Source: Methanobacteriota archaeon
Lineage (GTDB): Archaea > Thermoplasmatota > Thermoplasmata > SG8-5 > JAGLSY01
Assembly (NCBI GenBank): GCA_020696385.1
Contig: JAEHCQ010000006.1
Span: 1-64,000, forward strand
Reading direction: 5' to 3'
Length of the DNA stretch: 64,000 nt
Shown here: piece by piece, positions 62,895 through 64,000 of the stretch
Layout of the letters: every line of letters starts with the position of its first letter
Numbering within the stretch: position 1 is the first letter of the stretch
Translations under genes and position numbers: made by a program
Notes under the pieces: generated by a model
Database searches by the model: none
What the model was told of the DNA's origin: nothing
The model's input: only the letters and a program-made list of their open reading frames with translations

Positions 62895-64000
62895 ATGGTA
62901 CTTGAAAAACTGGGTTCATCCCTTCGTGATGCCCTGAAAAAAGTTGCGAATTCATCCAATATCGACCAGAAGGTCATAAAGGATCTGGTCAAGGAGATCC
63001 AGCGAGCGCTTTTACAGGCCGATGTCAATGTCAAGCTCACGCTCCAACTTACCAAGGAGATCGAGAAGCGGGCGATGACTGAGAAGCCCAAACCAGGCAT
63101 GAGCTCAAAAGCCCATGTCATCCAGATCATCTATGATGAACTGGTCGGTATTCTGGGGGAGAAGAAGGAACTGGATACCAAGAAGCAGGTCATCATGATG
63201 GTTGGCTTGTATGGTAATGGTAAGACAACCACATGCGGTAAGCTTGCCAGACATTTCAAGAAGAAGGGTCGTAAGGTAGGCCTTATAGCAGCCGATGTCC
63301 ACAGGCCAGCTGCCTATGACCAACTCAAGCAGATCGGAGAGCTTGTGAATATCCCTGTGTATGGTGAGCCCGGTCAGAAGAAGGCCCCCAAGCTTGTGAA
63401 GAATGGTCTGGATCATTTTAATACTTACGATATTATAATAATAGATACTTCAGGTCGCCATAGCCTGGAGAAGGACCTCATCGATGAGGTGAAGGCCATA
63501 TCCAAGATAGCCAAGCCAACCGAGAAGATCCTGGTCATGGATGCCACCATAGGTCAGCAGGCTGGCCCTCAAGCCAAAGCCTTCCATGATGCAGTTGATG
63601 TGACCAGTGTCATTATCACAAAACTGGATGGTAGTGCCAAGGGTGGTGGAGCTATTTCGGCTGTGTCCGAGACAGAGGCTCCGATAATATTCATTGGAAC
63701 TGGCGAACATATCGAAGATATCGAGACCTTCGTGCCAAACCGTTTCATATCACGTCTTCTGGGAATGGGGGATATTGAATCCCTTCTGGAAACTGCGGCT
63801 GAGGCTATTGATGAGAACATGGCTGAAGAGACCATGAACAAGATAATGAGCGGTAAGTTCACGCTCATCGAGATGCGTGACCAGATGGAGATGCTGGCCA
63901 ATATGGGTCCTCTGAAAAAGATAATGGGTATGCTCCCTGGGGCAACAGGCCAGATGTCAGATGATGATCTGGAGAAGACCCAGGATAAGCTGAGCAAGTT
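62895..64000 (+). CDS. ffh: Signal recognition particle protein SRP54 (partial, runs off the window)
   Basis: MVLEKLGSSLRDALKK, RALLQADVNV, GLYGNGKTTT, DTSGRH, TKLDG.AKGGG. Confidence 0.96.
   Translation, partial: MVLEKLGSSLRDALKKVANSSNIDQKVIKDLVKEIQRALLQADVNVKLTLQLTKEIEKRAMTEKPKPGMSSKAHVIQIIYDELVGILGEKKELDTKKQVIMMVGLYGNGKTTTCGKLARHFKKKGRKVGLIAADVHRPAAYDQLKQIGELVNIPVYGEPGQKKAPKLVKNGLDHFNTYDIIIIDTSGRHSLEKDLIDEVKAISKIAKPTEKILVMDATIGQQAGPQAKAFHDAVDVTSVIITKLDGSAKGGGAISAVSETEAPIIFIGTGEHIEDIETFVPNRFISRLLGMGDIESLLETAAEAIDENMAEETMNKIMSGKFTLIEMRDQMEMLANMGPLKKIMGMLPGATGQMSDDDLEKTQDKLSK

Overview
Archaeal chromosomal window, most likely an uncultured anaerobic Thermoplasmata (inference from FEN1, archaeal GluRS, SRP54, TATA-type promoters and large C-terminally anchored surface proteins). 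Left to right it holds a thiolase/hbd/crt/V4R operon, two paralogous family-5 solute-binding proteins, a PPP phosphatase, several large secreted proteins, fen1, a CoA-disulfide reductase with a rhodanese domain, hypF, an ArsR-MATE pair and gcvH. An ~18 kb hydrogenase region follows: a hybrid [FeFe]/[NiFe] operon and a group 3b [NiFe] operon, each with a divergent tandem-wHTH regulator, plus a maturation protease and hypD/A/C. The window ends with HIT, gltX, an aminotransferase, an amidohydrolase, a catalytic-domain-only tyrosine recombinase with a dif-like site, larC/E/B and partial SRP54. No rRNA, tRNA or CRISPR array was seen. Three observations stand out. (1) The hybrid hydrogenase looks like a circularly permuted hydCBA cassette integrated into the [NiFe] small-subunit gene, giving two reciprocal fusions and a degenerate H-cluster domain. 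(2) A dispersed ~60-bp double-hairpin element sits at six gene junctions, each copy encoding a 13-20 aa mini-ORF; in five copies this restores stop/start coupling. (3) Upstream of hypF is an array of synonymously diverged hypF 5' ends, interleaved with a covarying pseudoknot-forming repeat. Related direct/inverted duplications of gene termini occur at hypD, larC and elsewhere. All alignments were done by eye; no database searches were run.
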